This document shows, piece by piece, positions 1 to 10,107 of a DNA stretch of 64,000 bases; within the stretch, counting starts at the first letter, position 1; the number at the start of each line of letters is the position of its first letter. Below the pieces are notes generated by a model. The model ran no database searches. It was not told the DNA's origin and saw only the letters and a list, made by a program, of their open reading frames with translations. The DNA is from a virus. The position numbers were made by a program, and so were the translations under genes. The stretch covers positions 64,001 through 128,000 of IMG/VR virus record IMGVR_UViG_3300032046_005540, one strand, 5' to 3'.

Positions 1-798
1 TATTTCCTGAACTAAAACATCAACAAAATCTTCAATAAATTTTTCTATTCCATCTCTAAAATTCTGTATCATTAAAATGTTGACGTTGGTTACTCCAGGT
101 CCTTGTTCTATCTTGATGTGGTTGAGCAAATCCTTGGTAAGGCCTTTCATAATTTCATCAATTGCAACTGTTAATTTATGTAAATCAAGTTTATCTAATT
201 CGGTTCTTTCTTCTTTTTTCTTATCTTCTATATGTTTTTTAGCAGATAAAAGTTCCCACAAATTTCTTAAACGAGCATCATATAACAAATTAACTGTTTT
301 TACTTTGTTTAAAGTTTCATCATATTTTTGTTGATATAACTTCATAACTGCAGGACTAAAATCTACTAAACTTAATTCCCTTTTATTAGCATCTATTTTA
401 GCAACCATCCTCGGGTCACAATGTTTTCGATGACTATTAATATTTACTGGATTCAAATATATTTTATCTTTCCACTTTGCTATAATTCCATGATAAGTCA
501 TTCCTCCTAAAAGATCCATAGTAATTTCATTACGATATTGAGATTTGCATATCTTACATTTTTTAGAAATACGAAGCAGGCCTGGAGTTTCTTGAATATA
601 ATTACCACTCCCAGGATGCCTTTTCACTTTAGGCTGTTTACTTATTCCTTTTGTAGATCCAGATGAATTACCAAAAACTTTTTCTTCAAAAAGTCGTTTT
701 TCATTTGGATCGTTTGGGTCAAAAAATTCCCAATGAATTGAATCTACTGACCCAGATGGAAGTGTATTTAAATCCTTTGGATTTTGTTCTTCGATCAT
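1..798 (-). CDS. Hypothetical protein, possibly terminase small subunit-like (partial, runs off window start)
   Basis: Not in ORF track. Manual translation from ATG at 798 (MIEEQNPKDL...) is open to position 1 and contains CKICKS...INSHRKH (C2H2-like) followed by a helical region. Confidence 0.5.
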   Translation of the reverse strand, partial: MIEEQNPKDLNTLPSGSVDSIHWEFFDPNDPNEKRLFEEKVFGNSSGSTKGISKQPKVKRHPGSGNYIQETPGLLRISKKCKICKSQYRNEITMDLLGGMTYHGIIAKWKDKIYLNPVNINSHRKHCDPRMVAKIDANKRELSLVDFSPAVMKLYQQKYDETLNKVKTVNLLYDARLRNLWELLSAKKHIEDKKKEERTELDKLDLHKLTVAIDEIMKGLTKDLLNHIKIEQGPGVTNVNILMIQNFRDGIEKFIEDFVDVLVQEI

Positions 799-802
799 AA
801 AT

Positions 803-946
803 TTAGAAAGTTACCTTCTCTTTTTTTCGTTTTAAATATCCACACTTCGGACATTTATAAAGAGATAATTTAACCCCTTTATTTAATGATCCAACTGTTA
901 TACCATTTTTACACTGAACCATTTCAGTACCACATTCGCATTTCAT
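803..946 (-). CDS. Small zinc-ribbon protein (47 aa)
   Basis: Manual translation MKCECGTEM...YKCPKCGY; fills the gap between neighbouring genes. Confidence 0.55.
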   Translation of the reverse strand: MKCECGTEMVQCKNGITVGSLNKGVKLSLYKCPKCGYLKRKKEKVTF

Positions 947-948
947 TT

Positions 949-1776
949 TTACCTCACAATCTTACTACAAATTATACTTTTTACTTTTTCTGTATTATTT
1001 AAAATATCACTTTCCCAAAATCTTAAAAGAATGAAGTTGTTTTCTTTTACTAATTTTTCATTTTTAATATCTTTTTGATATTGTTTTAATTGTTTTTCAC
1101 TTAACTTTATAAACTTTTTTGTATTTCCATGATAATAATCACCATCTACTTCAATTAAAAAATTTGTATTTAAAATATGAAAGTCAAAAAGATGATTTCC
1201 TAATCTAAACTGATGTTCAAAAGGAATGTTTAATTCATTTAGAATTTCTTTCATTTTAAGTTCAGGTTTAGTATCTTTAAAAGGTCCAGGATTATTTTGA
1301 ATCCGAAGTAAAACTCTTTCTCTATCTTTTCTTTTGAATTCTTCAGAATGATGGTGATTATAAAAAGGATTTTTATCCCCTTTTCTAAGGTCACTCAATT
1401 TTTTCCTTTCTTTTGGATCTTTCCAACGTTGTATTACTTTTTCTCGAATTTTTTCTCGAACCTCTGGTCTTTTAGCTGGGTTATTTTCACCCTTAAATTT
1501 TTCTCTTAATTTTGCAAGAATAGTTGGATTTTTAAGGGCTTCTTTTATTTTCTTCCTTACTTCAGGTCTTTTTGCAGGATTATTTTCTCCTATAATTCCT
1601 TTACATGCCTTACTATGAGTTCTTAAAGAAAAACCTCTCCTTATAATAGCATTTCTAATTGCTGTATCACTACAATTCCATTTCCTTGCTAATACTAAAG
1701 TGCTTGGCTCTTCTTTAGAAAAATATTCATCACAAATTTGTTGTTCTTTTTCGTTTGTAAATAATTTATTAATCAT
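949..1776 (-). CDS. Free-standing homing-type endonuclease (N-terminal HTH, NUMOD3-like repeats, Vsr/DUF559-like nuclease)
   Basis: GENNPAKRPEVR duplicated; C-terminal TKPELKM...FDF...IEVDGDYYHG...LLRFWESDI. Confidence 0.8.
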   Translation of the reverse strand: MINKLFTNEKEQQICDEYFSKEEPSTLVLARKWNCSDTAIRNAIIRRGFSLRTHSKACKGIIGENNPAKRPEVRKKIKEALKNPTILAKLREKFKGENNPAKRPEVREKIREKVIQRWKDPKERKKLSDLRKGDKNPFYNHHHSEEFKRKDRERVLLRIQNNPGPFKDTKPELKMKEILNELNIPFEHQFRLGNHLFDFHILNTNFLIEVDGDYYHGNTKKFIKLSEKQLKQYQKDIKNEKLVKENNFILLRFWESDILNNTEKVKSIICSKIVR

Positions 1777-1790
1777 TTTTATCCTAAATT

Positions 1791-4700
1791 TTATAAAGAA
1801 AGTTCTAATTGTTCTCCTTCTGCAAGAAGACTACTTATAGACTTAATGTAACTCCATAAATTTCTCCCTAGCTCTTTTATGGAATCAAACACATCTGCCT
1901 TTTTAATAGTTCCTTCTCTTTTTGGAAATACAGTTAAAAGTCTTTGTTTTACATCTTTATCTAACGACGCAGCTCCACGTTCAGCTTTTTCTAAATAAGC
2001 TCTAGCTTCTTCTCCAAATTTCTCTAAAAGTTTCTCAACTCTCCATTTATCATCAGGTTTAAATTTTTTAGTTTTCATAGATGTATCCAACCATACAAAA
2101 AACTCCCCTACGTCAACTAATTTTTTTTCTGACTCACTTAACAAAGTAGCCAATTTCTCAATCGCTTGGCTCATTTCTTCAGCTTCTTTAACTGATTTAT
2201 GTTCCTCTTGAACCTTTCTAATTTCTTCTTCTACTTTTTGTCGAGCAGAATTTACAATTGCTTTTATTTCACCTAATCTTTGTTCGTGATCCTTAATTTC
2301 GTGGAAAGTCTCTTGCATTTTTGGAGTTGCCACAACAGCCTCTTCTACTTCTAACTCTGGTTTGTGTGGTTTTGTTTTTAAGGTCTTATACTCTACTTTC
2401 GGTTTTTCTTCAGTTTCTTCTTCTTGAGCAAATCTCAACGATTTCTTTTTAGAATCATACTTTTCTAAATAATTTTCTGTATTTTCAACCGCAGGCAAAA
2501 CAACTTCTTCTAATTCTTCTGCATGTTCTGCTTCATCATCAGCCATATCTTTTAAAGCTTTTTCTGCTTTAGGAGAATCAACTTCTTTTGCCATTTGATC
2601 ATACTTCTCTTCGCCTTCTGTTTCGTCCTTAATATCTTCTTTAACATCTTTTTCAGTAAGAGCTGCTTTTCGAATTTTTTGAATTATTTCATTAACTGAT
2701 TTACCTTGAGATATTTTTCTTTTAGCAGTTTTTTCTAAATCAGCTAAAGAAAATACATTTAATCTTCCATCATCTAAAATAACATTATATCCAGTGCCTA
2801 CAGTTCCTGATCTAAATTCATAATTAGGAGTAATTTCAGAAACTATTCCAGATAACCCACCAAGAGTTCTTACTTGATCTCCTTCACTTATAATTTTTTC
2901 TGCTGTTTTCTTTGAAGACCTTTTTTCATATAATCTAACATTTTCATCGTAAAAAGCTCCCTCATGTCCATCATCAAATCTTACCATATATTTATTCTGA
3001 ATTCCAGTCCAATCTACATCAAAAATTTCTCCTATCTTACCATAATCAACATGATCTTCTTCTACTACTTTTACTATATCTCCTATACTATAAGCAGCTG
3101 CTGTTTTCTTTTTTGAAGCATGAACTACAGGATAATGTTGATTTTTAAGTTTCTTGTCAAGAATTTCTTCTAACTCTTTTCTAGTCATTCTTGAAACTTC
3201 TGACATTACTTTTGTTAAATCAAAATCTGGAGGAAACTGACCTGCTCTTGCATAATCATTTATTAAAGTTCTTAATCTTGAAATAGGAATTTGTTTTCCG
3301 GTTTCATCTGTTTCATGATATCCAGTAGGTTCTGCTGTTTTCTTTATTGAAGATTTCTTACCTTTCATATGTTTAAACATTTCTACTTGTTGTAATCTTT
3401 CTTCTGCTTTCTTTCTTGAAGGGTAACAACCCATACTTCTACCAGATTCTGCTATTACACAAAATTCATTTCCTCTTTCAACTATTTTTGCTTCTTTAAT
3501 TGAAGCTTCTTTTGTTTCTTCCTCTTCAAACTCTTCATCCTCATCTTCTTCAATTAATTCTATTTGATTACCATTTACATACCAACCTCTTCCTTGCTCA
3601 TCTCCAACCCAACCTCTTCTTCCATCCCACTGAGATAAAGTAAAAACTTCTCCTGGTTTATCTTCATAAGCAGGTTTTAATCGAACTTGATCTCCATTTT
3701 GAAACTCATAATCTATTCCATCAGCAGTCTTTACAGGCTTTACAGAAGTTCCACCTCTAAACATTTTTTGAATTGCTCTTTCTTCTTCTGGAAGAATTCC
3801 TTGATTTGATTTTTCATAAGGAACACTAAAATCAGCATCAACTTCAGTTTGTTTTGCAACACTATAATCAGGATCTGATTCAGTAAAAGGAAATAAAGTT
3901 TTTTCATCTCTTAAACTTCTTTTAATTAAATTTTTAACTTTTTCTGCAAGCGTTGTAGTAGGAATTGCAGGAACAGCACCTGGAGTAGTTACAACTCCTG
4001 GAGTAGCTTGAATATTTAGATCCATATTAGGAATTGGAGCAGTTTTAACTCCTGTTTCATCTGTTAATACAGAAGCATCTCCTATAGTAGAATCAATTGT
4101 ATATATTTTTCCTTGATATTCAATTTGCTGACCAGGAGTAGGAATACCAGCTGCTGTTTTCTTAGAAGCTAATGCTAATAAATCTAACCTTTCTAATTTA
4201 TCAATAGAATTTTGATAAGCATCAAAAGCTTCTTGACGATTCATTCCAAATTCTTGTTCTAAATTTTTTACCATTTCTTCTAAAGTATAACCTCTTCTTA
4301 CTCCTATTCTAACTACATTATCTACACTATTTAATTCTTCTGCTGTTTTTTTAGAAGCAACCACTTCTCTAAATCTTGTAAAATCTCTTTCCTTAAAATG
4401 AATTTCAGGAGCACTAATTTTAGGTTCTGTAGCAGTAAATAATTTACCTGATAAGAAATCTGCAACTGCTTCTTTTGTAAAAGGAATTTCCCTTCCGTCT
4501 AAAGTAGAAAAAGTTTCAGGCAATACAACTTTACCAGCAGGAGTAATTCCAGCAGTAGCTAAAACTCTAAATCTTAAATCAAGATTATCGACTGCTTCTA
4601 TAGAAAATTCTGCTTCCCGAATGTTTTGTGGTCCTCCTTCTTTTACGCTACTTCTTGTGATTCCTCGTTGAAATCGAAGCTGAGGATTAAAGAAACCAAA

Positions 4701-5165
4701 TTTTTGGCAATATTTACCTAACTCGTGACAAATTTTTTCTAAGAGGGCTCTGTCAACCCAACTTTGGGGCGTGTAATTTGGCGTCACCCCTTGGTTCGGA
4801 TACACAGCAATTAAATTGGCTGCCCTATTAATTTTTGAATTTTGTTTTGTAGAAATTTTAATCAGCCGATCCACAATAAGAACTTTTCCACACTTAGGGC
4901 AAGAAATATAAGAATCTCCCCCCCGAGCTGATTCTACAATTTGTTTTTGCAAAAGATCCGCACTAAAAGAACTATGGCACCCAGAACATACATAAGAATA
5001 TGGTACTTGTTTTACAGATGATTTTGCATATTTACTAATTAAATTTTTTGTCTTTTCTGACAAAGGGTCCTTCTTTGTAGCTTCCTTTTTTATTTTTCTC
5101 TTATCAATCCAATCAGGAAGCTTGTTTTTATTTCCACCTTGTTTTTTTGGGACTAACATTGGCAA
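1791..5165 (-). CDS. Large modular protein with repeated SKKTA linkers (putative virion head/internal polyprotein)
   Basis: 1124 aa; Zn ribbon (CSGC...CPKC), several KOW/SH3-like modules (GDQVR, GDIVKV), a ferritin-like helix pair and a coiled coil, separated by ASKKTA-type motifs. Confidence 0.6.
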   Translation of the reverse strand: MPMLVPKKQGGNKNKLPDWIDKRKIKKEATKKDPLSEKTKNLISKYAKSSVKQVPYSYVCSGCHSSFSADLLQKQIVESARGGDSYISCPKCGKVLIVDRLIKISTKQNSKINRAANLIAVYPNQGVTPNYTPQSWVDRALLEKICHELGKYCQKFGFFNPQLRFQRGITRSSVKEGGPQNIREAEFSIEAVDNLDLRFRVLATAGITPAGKVVLPETFSTLDGREIPFTKEAVADFLSGKLFTATEPKISAPEIHFKERDFTRFREVVASKKTAEELNSVDNVVRIGVRRGYTLEEMVKNLEQEFGMNRQEAFDAYQNSIDKLERLDLLALASKKTAAGIPTPGQQIEYQGKIYTIDSTIGDASVLTDETGVKTAPIPNMDLNIQATPGVVTTPGAVPAIPTTTLAEKVKNLIKRSLRDEKTLFPFTESDPDYSVAKQTEVDADFSVPYEKSNQGILPEEERAIQKMFRGGTSVKPVKTADGIDYEFQNGDQVRLKPAYEDKPGEVFTLSQWDGRRGWVGDEQGRGWYVNGNQIELIEEDEDEEFEEEETKEASIKEAKIVERGNEFCVIAESGRSMGCYPSRKKAEERLQQVEMFKHMKGKKSSIKKTAEPTGYHETDETGKQIPISRLRTLINDYARAGQFPPDFDLTKVMSEVSRMTRKELEEILDKKLKNQHYPVVHASKKKTAAAYSIGDIVKVVEEDHVDYGKIGEIFDVDWTGIQNKYMVRFDDGHEGAFYDENVRLYEKRSSKKTAEKIISEGDQVRTLGGLSGIVSEITPNYEFRSGTVGTGYNVILDDGRLNVFSLADLEKTAKRKISQGKSVNEIIQKIRKAALTEKDVKEDIKDETEGEEKYDQMAKEVDSPKAEKALKDMADDEAEHAEELEEVVLPAVENTENYLEKYDSKKKSLRFAQEEETEEKPKVEYKTLKTKPHKPELEVEEAVVATPKMQETFHEIKDHEQRLGEIKAIVNSARQKVEEEIRKVQEEHKSVKEAEEMSQAIEKLATLLSESEKKLVDVGEFFVWLDTSMKTKKFKPDDKWRVEKLLEKFGEEARAYLEKAERGAASLDKDVKQRLLTVFPKREGTIKKADVFDSIKELGRNLWSYIKSISSLLAEGEQLELSL

Positions 5166-5169
5166 CCTC

Positions 5170-6207
5170 CTATATATTATTTAAATTATTTTCAATTTCT
5201 TTCAAATCTTTTATAACAATTAACTTTAAATCTTTATATCCATATTCATCTAACAACTTTCTTCTCTGTAAATAATATTGTTCATCAGTTAATTTAAAAT
5301 CAAAAGAATGAAATTCTACAACAATTTTATCATTTACTAAAAAATCAAATCGCCCTCTAAAATTATGATCAATTTTAAAACCTAATTTCTTTAATTCTAT
5401 ATAACAATCTCTTTCTTGTATTGAAGGAAAAAATTCGTTATCATAATAACAATGATTCCCATGACCATTTTTTAAAGATTGTTGAATAGCTTTTGGAGTA
5501 CTGTTTGCTTTACTAATTTTTTCTCTTATTTTAGGATCTTTCATTATTTTCTGTAATTGAATACTTTTCCTTTTTCTTGCTTCTTTAGTTTGTGCCACTT
5601 CAAACTTTGTTCTCAAGGAAAACCCACAACGTTTAATAGCATCTCGAATAACACAAGGACTACAATTCCATTTTTTACTCAAAGTAAAAGCACTTGGTTT
5701 ATCTTCAGAAAAATATTCATTACAAATTTGCTGTTCTTTTTCTTTTGTAAAAGTCTTCTTTGTATCACTCATTTTCTTTTTTGTTTCTTCAGAACGAGGA
5801 ATACCTATTTTTTTATCTCTTATTTTTTTCTTAGATGCATCAGAAAGATGAGTACCATACATAGGGCTATTCTCCCCTTGCAAAGAGACACTAATTTTTC
5901 TTTTATGTTCTTCAGATTTTGGTTTACCTTTTAATTTTTCACTTATTTTCTTATTTCTTTCCGGTGAAAAAATTTTAGCAACTCTTTCGTCGGTCTCTTT
6001 AGTAAGATTTTTATTCCAAGCTTTTTTACCTTTACAAGATTCACTATGAGTTCTTAAAGAAAAACCATTTCTTTTAATAACATTGCTAATTGTTAAATGA
6101 TTACAACTCCATTTCTTTGCTAAAATAATAGTAGTTGGTTTTTCTTTTGAAAAATACTCATCACAAATTACTTTTTCTTGAATATCTGTGAATCTTCTTT
6201 TCGTCAT
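5170..6207 (-). CDS. Free-standing NUMOD3 endonuclease-like protein (two HTH modules, PD-(D/E)xK-like C-terminus)
   Basis: KSEEHKRKIS and RSEETKKKMS NUMOD3 motifs; duplicated ICxEYFS...KKWxC module; C-terminal GRFDFLVNDKIVVEFH. Confidence 0.75.
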   Translation of the reverse strand: MTKRRFTDIQEKVICDEYFSKEKPTTIILAKKWSCNHLTISNVIKRNGFSLRTHSESCKGKKAWNKNLTKETDERVAKIFSPERNKKISEKLKGKPKSEEHKRKISVSLQGENSPMYGTHLSDASKKKIRDKKIGIPRSEETKKKMSDTKKTFTKEKEQQICNEYFSEDKPSAFTLSKKWNCSPCVIRDAIKRCGFSLRTKFEVAQTKEARKRKSIQLQKIMKDPKIREKISKANSTPKAIQQSLKNGHGNHCYYDNEFFPSIQERDCYIELKKLGFKIDHNFRGRFDFLVNDKIVVEFHSFDFKLTDEQYYLQRRKLLDEYGYKDLKLIVIKDLKEIENNLNNI

Positions 6208-6218
6208 ATATTTTCCTT

Positions 6219-9056
6219 TTAGAACACCACGGGCGTTGCGGGCTCTGATTTTTTCTCTGCACTACCTTCTCCAACTTCTTCTTCTTCTACTTCCTCTGTT
6301 TCAAGTTCCCCTTCAGTTCCTTCAGTTGTTGGAGCTTCTGCACCAATTGGTTCTTCTTCTTTTTCTATTTTTTCTCCTTCTTCACCCTCAAAACTTACGT
6401 GCACGTCCTTAGTTTTAGGATTTACAATTACATGAATTTCTTCTACTTCTTCTTCAGTTTCTGATTCTTCTTGCTCTTCAGGCTTCTCAGGAAGACGTGG
6501 GAACTTTGTTTCTTTAACGCTCCAGTTCATAGGAGTCAATTTATCCGATCCAGCACCGCCACCACCCCTCAATGCTTCCATTCCATCTGCTTTCTTCTTT
6601 ATACTTGTTTCCTTTCTTAATTCTTCAGGAAACAAAGAATTAAAAATTTGATGAAATTCTTCTTCGGTTACAATATAATTTTCACTATCAAGCCAATCTC
6701 TTAAACTTCGATCTATATCTTTAGAAGGAGTTGTTTCATCAATTCTATATGTTTCAAGGAAATCTTCTTTTATATGCCCAACTACTTTCTCTATAGGAAT
6801 TTCAACTGCTTCTTTTTTTATTGAAGCAATTGAAGATAATTTTCCTAAATGTTTTTCAACATAATTAATAAGATCCAATAATTTTCCAGAACGATATGTT
6901 TTTTCTCTTTCTGGAGACTTTTCTATTTTATCTGACTCTTCTTTATAATCAGATTGAAGACCATCTAATACTTCAAGAAGGTCGTCAAAATCATCCCAAT
7001 TTTCATGAATAAGTTTTAACCATTCTCTTGCAGGTTTAGAAGCTGTTTTCTTTTTCGAAGCTCTCCTTACTTGTTCTATATAACCACATCCATGACATTC
7101 CCACTGTAGTTCTCCTTCTGCTATATGACTTGCTCCTAAAGTCATTTCGGAACCACATTTCGGACACGTTTCAGTTTCAACTTTATAAGATTGTTTTGAA
7201 GCTTCTTTTTCAATTTGAATACCTTCATGCTGCAAAAAATTCAACACTAAAGCTTTATATTCAGGAGAATCATAAAGCCAATAACCACGAATACCTTTAA
7301 ATGCTTTTGCATAAGCATCTTTTGGTGAAAGACCAGACTGTACCAAAGATTTCACAGTATCTATAAATCTTTGGATTTCACTACTAAGAGGTAATTGTTT
7401 TGTTTGTTCTATTGCTTGGTTACACTGGTTTTCACCTTCACTTTGCAATTCTTGTTTTTTCACTATATCACTTGCCTGAAACTCAAAGGACTGCCAAATA
7501 TCAGAAGTCTCTTCTTCACCAGGTTCTTGAACATAAACTGCAAAATAACACATACCTCCATGCGTTATACTTACTTGAGTTAAAACCACTTTGTAACCAT
7601 TATCCAAAACCTTTTCTTTATGAACAAATTGACCTCTCTTTATCGATGCTTCTTTTTCAGTTTCTTCTTCAGGCTCTAAATCTACTTCTTCTAACTCTTC
7701 AGGCTCTTCTTTTGAAGGTTCTTTAGCAGGAGATGTTGGAGGACTTTGTAAAGATTTAAAATAATGCCTTAAATCTTTTGGATCATCCACCCACAAAGTT
7801 TGAACAACATTTTGTGCTTTTTTAATAGAAGCTGTTTCAGTCATCTGAAGTTTTTGGATCCTTCTTTCTACTAAATTAATCAAATCTTTAACTTCTTCCA
7901 TTTTATCTTGATAAAAACTTGGGTTAGCGTTATATTCAGATATATCAGTCTCCATTGATCTTAATCTACTCTGGAGTCTTTCCAAAAGATGATTAAGATC
8001 CTCTAATGAACCGGAACTATAGAAGTATTCATCTCTTTCACTTTCTAGAAAGGCAATCTTCGTTCTTTTCTCAGCAGCAACCTTATTTATTCTATTTTCA
8101 TTTGCAATCTTTTCTAATTGCCTTTTAGAATAAGAAGCACCACACTTACATTTAAACGTTCCTAATTTTTTCAACATTTGTAAAGACATTTTTGCATTAC
8201 ATATAGGACATAAAGAAACAGGCCTAATTATATTATCTTCAAACCAAGTTGAAGGTAGATCTTTAAAACTAACTTTAGAACGGTCTGGAACTGCAGCAAC
8301 TACTTCTCCTATTTTACCATTATATTTTTCATAAAGATTTCCATGAGGAACATCTATTTGAACAATAGTTCCAGGCGAATGGGAGGTTTTGGAGGAGGTT
8401 TTAGAAATTTTTAATCCATATTGATGCCCTGGAGGCGAAGATTTTCTTTCATATTCCTTAACTACTTCATTAAAAACTTTTTTCAACTTATCAAGATTAA
8501 GAGTTGAATACAAATCATTAACACTTTCAACATAAATATTTTTTTCTTCAACTTCTCGGTCATCAATAGAATTTTCCAAATCTTCTGCTTCATAAACTAC
8601 CACCCAAGAAGAAGGTTTCTCTTCAAAACCTTGTAAAGAAGATATAACAACATATCCATTTGGTAATTCTTTTCGATCAATAAAAACACCAAAAACCTCA
8701 GGGTCTTCAAATTCTTCTCCTGGAAGTTCTGCTGTTTTCTTAGAAGCCTTCACCTGCCTCACGATTCTATCATTATCTCCATCAGTATATACTACTATCC
8801 AAGCCTCATCCTCTCCGTTTGCATTTTTAATTGTTTCCTTCTTCCAAATCGATCCAGCGTCAGGCTCAATTGTTCTCCGAAAAATATCCCACGAAATTTT
8901 TTCAAAACCTTTTTCAGTAAAAGGCACTGCTCCACGTTTTCGTAAATCAGAAACTCTTTTCTGATATTTAATATCAGCAACAGCTTTCCTCATAAAATCA
9001 GGAATTTCATTCCCAAATAATCGACGAACTTTGTTTAAATAACTTTTGTTTACCAT
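6219..9056 (-). CDS. Large modular protein with repeated ASIKK/SKKTA linkers (putative virion head/internal polyprotein)
   Basis: 945 aa; two Zn ribbons, a KOW-like module, an acidic C-terminus; same linkers as 1791-5165. Confidence 0.6.
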   Translation of the reverse strand: MVNKSYLNKVRRLFGNEIPDFMRKAVADIKYQKRVSDLRKRGAVPFTEKGFEKISWDIFRRTIEPDAGSIWKKETIKNANGEDEAWIVVYTDGDNDRIVRQVKASKKTAELPGEEFEDPEVFGVFIDRKELPNGYVVISSLQGFEEKPSSWVVVYEAEDLENSIDDREVEEKNIYVESVNDLYSTLNLDKLKKVFNEVVKEYERKSSPPGHQYGLKISKTSSKTSHSPGTIVQIDVPHGNLYEKYNGKIGEVVAAVPDRSKVSFKDLPSTWFEDNIIRPVSLCPICNAKMSLQMLKKLGTFKCKCGASYSKRQLEKIANENRINKVAAEKRTKIAFLESERDEYFYSSGSLEDLNHLLERLQSRLRSMETDISEYNANPSFYQDKMEEVKDLINLVERRIQKLQMTETASIKKAQNVVQTLWVDDPKDLRHYFKSLQSPPTSPAKEPSKEEPEELEEVDLEPEEETEKEASIKRGQFVHKEKVLDNGYKVVLTQVSITHGGMCYFAVYVQEPGEEETSDIWQSFEFQASDIVKKQELQSEGENQCNQAIEQTKQLPLSSEIQRFIDTVKSLVQSGLSPKDAYAKAFKGIRGYWLYDSPEYKALVLNFLQHEGIQIEKEASKQSYKVETETCPKCGSEMTLGASHIAEGELQWECHGCGYIEQVRRASKKKTASKPAREWLKLIHENWDDFDDLLEVLDGLQSDYKEESDKIEKSPEREKTYRSGKLLDLINYVEKHLGKLSSIASIKKEAVEIPIEKVVGHIKEDFLETYRIDETTPSKDIDRSLRDWLDSENYIVTEEEFHQIFNSLFPEELRKETSIKKKADGMEALRGGGGAGSDKLTPMNWSVKETKFPRLPEKPEEQEESETEEEVEEIHVIVNPKTKDVHVSFEGEEGEKIEKEEEPIGAEAPTTEGTEGELETEEVEEEEVGEGSAEKKSEPATPVVF

Positions 9057-9068
9057 ATTAATCTCTCC

Positions 9069-9977
9069 TTATAAAAAATTTATTAAAAACTTACTAAAAA
9101 TTATCCTTTTCACTTTTTCTGTATTATTCATAATATCGTTTTGCCAAAATCTTAATAAAACAAAATTATTAGTTTTTGCAAGTCTTGTATTTTGAGCATC
9201 TTTTAGTTTTTGTATTAATTGGTTTTCAGTTAAATCGTCAAATATTTCAGGATTACCATGATAGTAGTCTCCGTCAACTTCTATAAGAATATTGGTGTTA
9301 GAAATATGAAAATCGTAAAGATGATTTCCTAATCTAAATTGATGTTCAAAAGAAATAGTTAATTCATTAAGAATCTCTTTCATTTTAATCTCAGGTTTAG
9401 TATTTTTCCAAGGCCCAAGATTATATTGGTATCGTTGTAAAGCTTTTTCACTTATTTTTCTTTTTGTTTCTTCCGAATATGTGTTTCCATAATTAGGAGC
9501 TTCTTCACCAAACCTATGAACTCCGAACATTGGGTTATTTTCACCTTCATGGTTTTTTCTATATTCAGGATTTTTCCAACGTTCTTCAGCAGCTTTACTC
9601 ATTTTTTCTTTTGTTTCCTCAGAACGTTTTTGCCCGGTTAAAGAATCACTAATTTTTTGTTTTGTTTCTTCAGATTTTAGTTTACCTAAATTTGGACCTG
9701 TTTTTCCTAGCCAATAATAATGTTTACCTTTAGCAGAAATACTCATTTTTTCTTTAGTAGTATCTGAACGAACCTTTCCTGACCAATATCCAAGTTTCCC
9801 ATCAAGAGATTCTGCATGAGTTCTTAAAGAAAACCCATTTCTTTTTATAATATTACAAATAGTCATACTATCACAATTCCATTTTTTGCCTAAAAATACA
9901 ACACCTGGTTTCTTTTCTGAAAAATAATCGTTACAAATTTCAATTTCTTGTTCTTTTGTAAACTTTCTTTTACTCAT
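9069..9977 (-). CDS. Free-standing NUMOD3/Vsr-DUF559-like endonuclease
   Basis: Likely start MSKRKFTKEQE at 9977; several SEETK NUMOD3 motifs; IEVDGDYYHG...LRFWQNDI. Confidence 0.8.
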   Translation of the reverse strand: MSKRKFTKEQEIEICNDYFSEKKPGVVFLGKKWNCDSMTICNIIKRNGFSLRTHAESLDGKLGYWSGKVRSDTTKEKMSISAKGKHYYWLGKTGPNLGKLKSEETKQKISDSLTGQKRSEETKEKMSKAAEERWKNPEYRKNHEGENNPMFGVHRFGEEAPNYGNTYSEETKRKISEKALQRYQYNLGPWKNTKPEIKMKEILNELTISFEHQFRLGNHLYDFHISNTNILIEVDGDYYHGNPEIFDDLTENQLIQKLKDAQNTRLAKTNNFVLLRFWQNDIMNNTEKVKRIIFSKFLINFL

Positions 9978-10107
9978 TATTTTCACTCTCTGAGCATTTT
10001 TTACAAATTTTTTTCCCATTTTTACCACTGTAAAGAACATTTGTTTTCTTTTTACAAATTTCACAAATTAAAGGAACAGATATTCCTTTTGCTTTCTTTT
10101 TTAGCAT
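9970..10107 (-). CDS. Small zinc-finger protein (45 aa)
   Basis: Manual translation MLKKKAKGISVPLICEICKKK...ICKKCSE; strong AGGAGGT RBS upstream. Confidence 0.6.
   Translation of the reverse strand: MLKKKAKGISVPLICEICKKKTNVLYSGKNGKKICKKCSESENNE

Noticed and set aside
949-10064. IS elements or transposases explaining the repeated DNA blocks
   Set aside because: No DDE/HUH transposase motifs or terminal inverted repeats seen; the repeats lie within paralogous endonuclease domains.
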